Shown here piece by piece: positions 60,854 through 64,000 of a stretch of DNA of 64,000 bases. The position numbers and the translations under genes were made by a program. Every line of letters starts with the position of its first letter. The stretch's first letter is position 1. The stretch is from Podarcis bocagei (taxonomy: Eukaryota): the NCBI GenBank assembly GCA_964188305.1, contig OZ076897.1, one strand, 5' to 3'. Under the pieces are notes generated by a model. The model did not search any database. It saw nothing but the letters and a program-made list of their open reading frames with translations, and was not told where the DNA came from.

Positions 60854-62272
60854 AGGGAGATGTGGGCTGGACAAGGTAACTATTAGGTGGATTTGCAGCT
60901 GGTTGACTGACCAAACCCAAAGAGCACTCATTAGGTAAAAGAACCCTGGAAAAAAATGTGACAAGTGGTGTGCCACAGGGTTGTGTCCTGGGCCTGTAGT
61001 TGCTCAATGTCTTTATATATGACTTGGATGAAGGAAGTGAGGGGATGTTCATCAAATCTGCAGATGACACAAAACTGGGAGGGGTAGCTAATGCCACAGA
61101 AAACATAATCCAAATTCAAAATGACCTTAACAGATTGGAGAACTGAGTGCAAGCTAACAAAATGAATTCTGTAGGGACAAAATGTAAGGTTCTGTACTTA
61201 GGCAGGGGGAACCTGAGGCACAAATATAATATGGGGGACAACTGGCTTACTAGTAAAGTAACGGGACCCCTGACCATTAGGTCCAGTCATGGCTGACTCT
61301 GGGGTTGCGGTGCTCATCTCGCTTTATTGGCCGAGGGAGCCGGCGTACAGCTTCCAGGTTATATGGCCAGCATCACTAAGCCACTTCTGGTGAACCAGAG
61401 CAGCACACGGAAACGCCGTTTACCTTCCTGCCGGAACAGTACCTATTTATCTACTTGCACTTTGATGTGCTTTCAAACTGCTAGGTTGGCAGGAGCTGGG
61501 ACCGAGCAACGGGAGCTCACCCCGTCACAGGGATTTGAACTGCCGACCTTCTGATCGGCAAGTCCTAGGCTCTGTGATTTAATCTGCAGTGCCACCCGCG
61601 TCCCAGGTTTACTAGTAGTACATGTGAAAATGATCTTGGGGTCTTAGTAGACCACATGGTTAACATGAGTCAACAGTGTGATGCAGCAGCAAAAACGGGC
61701 TAATGCTCTTCTAGGCTGCATCAACAGAAGTATAGTGTCCAGATCAGGGGATGCCCTATTCTGCTGTGGTCAGACCACACCTGGAATACTGTGTTCAGTT
61801 CTGGGCACCACAATTTACGAAGGATATTGACAAGCTGGAACGTGTGCAGAGGAGGGCAACCAAGCTCATGGGTTTGGAAACCCAAGCCTTGCTTAGGAGG
61901 AGCAGTTGAAGGAGCTGGGTATGTTTAGCTTGGAAAAGAGGAGACTGAGAGGAGATATAATAACCATCTTCATGTATCTCAAGGGCAGTCATATGGAACA
62001 TGGAACAAGCTTGTTTCCCCCTGCTATGGAGAGTAGAACCCAAACCAATGAAATCAAGTTACAAGAAAGGAGATTCCAACTGAACATCAGGAAGAACTTT
62101 CTGATGGCAGTGGAGTGGACTCCCTTGGAAGGTCGTGGTCTCTCCTTCCTTGGGGGTTTTAAAGCAGAATCTGGATTGCCACCTGCAATGAATGCTTCAG
62201 TTGAGATTCTTGCATTGCAGGGGTTGGACTAGATGACCCTTGTTGTCCCTTCCAGCTCTACAATTCTATGAT
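60854..62272 (+). mobile_element. CR1 LINE RT/3' fragment, degraded
   Basis: SGVPQGCVLGL, KSADDTKLGG, ELGMFSLEKRRLRGD; attctatg tail. Confidence 0.92.
61255..61604 (-). mobile_element. Full-length Sauria SINE nested in CR1
   Basis: Hallmark sequence; TTACTAGTA duplicated on both sides. Confidence 0.9.
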
Positions 62273-64000
62273 TAAATCCAAAAGCAAATTTCAATAAATG
62301 AATAGCATTCCTCCCCACTATGCCTTTGCAGGGTTTCCTATAAGATTGACTCCCATCTTATGCTTCTGATGAAGTCTGTTCTTGTCTACAAAAGCCATAA
62401 AAAATGTTTCAGTCTTTCAAGTGGCACAGTACTCCTTCGTGATTTTGCTACTGCAGAGACTAACATGGCTATTTTTGTTTTTATTCCAAGCATAACTTTT
62501 TCAGTGCTCAATGCAGTTTGCATACGATCATAAAATTGACGTTTAATACAAAATTCAACAATGCAGCCAAACACATCAAAACTGAATCAGAGAAAAAGAG
62601 CAGCTGATAGATAGAACGGCTGAGAGAAAATAAATGTTTGTGCTTGCCATCTTTTGAGAGGGCAGTCTGAAGGTTTCCCTTGTATGAAAGTCCAACCCCC
62701 TGCAAAGCAGGAATATGAAGCTGCCCTATATGGGGATCGAACCTGCAACCTTGGCATTATCAGAACCACGCTCTAACCAACTGACCTATCCAGGGCTTTG
62801 TTCAGCTGGAACTCTCCAGACCTCAGTTTCAGCACTTCTCAGGTGGACGTCATTGCTATTATAAGAGAACGAGGGAGGTGTTCATGGGGAGTTCGGCACC
62901 TCTTTTTCTAGAAAAATAGCACTGTTGGTATCCTATACGCAATCACCTCCTTACCATCTTTCAGCAGTGGACCACACTGGAAGGCAACATTTGCTTCTGA
63001 ATTATAAGCTGCTGACAAAGGGCTGCGTCCTTCTTTCTTAACAGTATGGGCTCCAGACTGCCGCTGGCTGTTCTGATTTGAAGAGGCATCGAAGGTAGTA
63101 TTACTCTCCTGCAAGCCATAGAACTATTTCTGCAGGGTTGGCCCAGTCAGCACGAAAGCAAAACATTTAATTGTTAAACGGAGTTACTTTTTGAAAACAC
63201 TTATTTAATAATCTGTATCAACTATTGCAAACAGCCAAATGAGAAATGGCCTGGAATGCTTGCTGTGGGCATCAGGTGTCTGTGAGTGATGCAGAAAACT
63301 GGGTGGGCAGGGCAAATGGCGTGGCATGTCTTGGAGCGGGGCCTGGCTGGCTGGCGAAGCACGCAGCAGGACACTCCACACAGTTTGTCACAGTTTGTCC
63401 CCCTTGTGATTCCAGTTCCCCTTTCCATGTGTGCACCATGTCATTTCCAGGAATGGGATGACATGAGATGCAAATGGCAACCTTCAGTAAATACGATCAA
63501 CAGCAGTTACCTGGGAACGAGAATGGTGTCATTCTATCTTTTTGATGACACTGTTTTACTTTTGTCAGGAATACCATGAAGGCTGCAGCATAAATGTTAT
63601 TCTCCCTCTTTCTACTTTGGCTTCATCTAAAAGGTTGCCATTAAAGTGAAGGGCCCTTGTGTGAAAAGGGTAGAATGGCAGACTATGTTTAAATTGTTAC
63701 AAATGTTTATGAAAGTACTTCTAAGTATAAAGGTGACGGCTTTAATCATGCATTGCGGCATTTTAAGACAGCTCTTCTTATTGTTAAAGAACTGCTTTGC
63801 ACCCTTAAATCCCCCCTTTCCCCCCTACTTTCATCTCATTTCCCAAAGACATTTTGAAAAGGGGTTGCTTCTATCTTACCTTGTTTTCCGAAAGAGCCTC
63901 GGTACATTAGCAAAGTGCTTTAATAACACACACTTTATAGAAGTCAAAAGTGCTCTATTATGTGTAAGTGCCACGGAAGTAAATAGTGCTTGTCTTAATA

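Noticed and set aside
33000-64000. POU6F2 or other host coding exons
   Set aside because: No POU/homeodomain or other recognisable host peptide seen; small exons hidden in gaps cannot be excluded.

Overview
Vertebrate (squamate, most likely lacertid lizard; inferred from Sauria SINEs, BovB, CR1 and Penelope content) genomic DNA with three N-gaps (29645-29820, 34189-34322, 57144-57339). Left end: a CpG island with divergent first-exon splice donors. YAE1 follows on + (3 coding exons, 225 aa). Tail-to-tail with it on - is an intact, phase-consistent, 17-coding-exon MED1 paralog (about 527 aa). It contains the whole structured Med1 domain but stops about 45 aa into its last exon, so it lacks the NR-box LxxLL region and the roughly 1000-aa disordered tail of canonical MED1. 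This is the main finding. No host coding exon was recognised in 33-64 kb, which is rich in transposons: a Penelope palindrome with hammerhead-like motifs, a self-priming Ty3/Gypsy element with a U3 ORF and an internal inversion, a DIRS/Ngaro remnant with an SGNH-hydrolase ORF, plus CR1, L1, solo LTR, SINEs and MITEs. Also notable are a 171-bp antisense copy of a MED1-like exon junction beside a Penelope insertion in intron 1, and a speculative GP64-like viral remnant in the YAE1 5' intron. All homology calls are by eye against remembered sequences; no searches were run.
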